A DNA stretch of 63,188 nt, the filler included, from Octopus bimaculoides (lineage: Eukaryota): assembly GCF_001194135.2 (NCBI RefSeq). It is 3 parts of 3 records of this genome, joined end to end, with 100 filler letters (N's around TTAATTAATTAA, not from the genome) between each part and the next. Parts side by side here need not be neighbours in the genome. Positions count along the whole stretch, not along the records: positions 44,401 to 63,188 come from NC_068982.1; 2 more parts are not named here. One strand, given 5' to 3'. The notes beneath the pieces were generated by a model that was not told the DNA's origin, made no database searches, and saw only the letters and a program-made list of their open reading frames with translations. Position numbers and translations under genes: made by a program. Of the stretch, positions 63,152 to 63,188 are shown piece by piece (positions within the stretch are counted from its first letter, which is position 1; each line of letters begins with the position of its first letter).

Positions 63152-63188
<37 letters not shown>

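Overview
Repeat-dense eukaryotic, non-coding-looking DNA with many N-gaps and microsatellites. The SINE families and microsatellite load suggest an octopus genome (inferred from recalled repeat sequences, not a database search). No host protein-coding gene can be confidently recognised. Almost all ORFs in the track are translations of microsatellites or N-gaps. The protein-like segments are decayed transposons: R4/Dong-type and HERO-like RLE retrotransposons, an RTE/BovB-like 3' end, a CR1 RT fragment, several Penelope-like fragments, a mariner and a DD37D maT element. About 35 SINE copies from 3-4 tRNA-derived families are also present. Most interesting: (i) several minimal type-I hammerhead-ribozyme-like motifs, including a recurrent family with a non-canonical CUGUUGAA core in a ~210-bp tandem unit; (ii) an R4-type insertion with a twin-priming-like 5' inversion; (iii) two near-perfect foldback elements of different internal sequence that share their termini; (iv) an RFX X-box followed by candidate exons of an unidentified plus-strand gene, with head-to-head SINE pairs in its putative introns. 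Repeat coordinates were read by eye and are approximate unless tied to a quoted motif.
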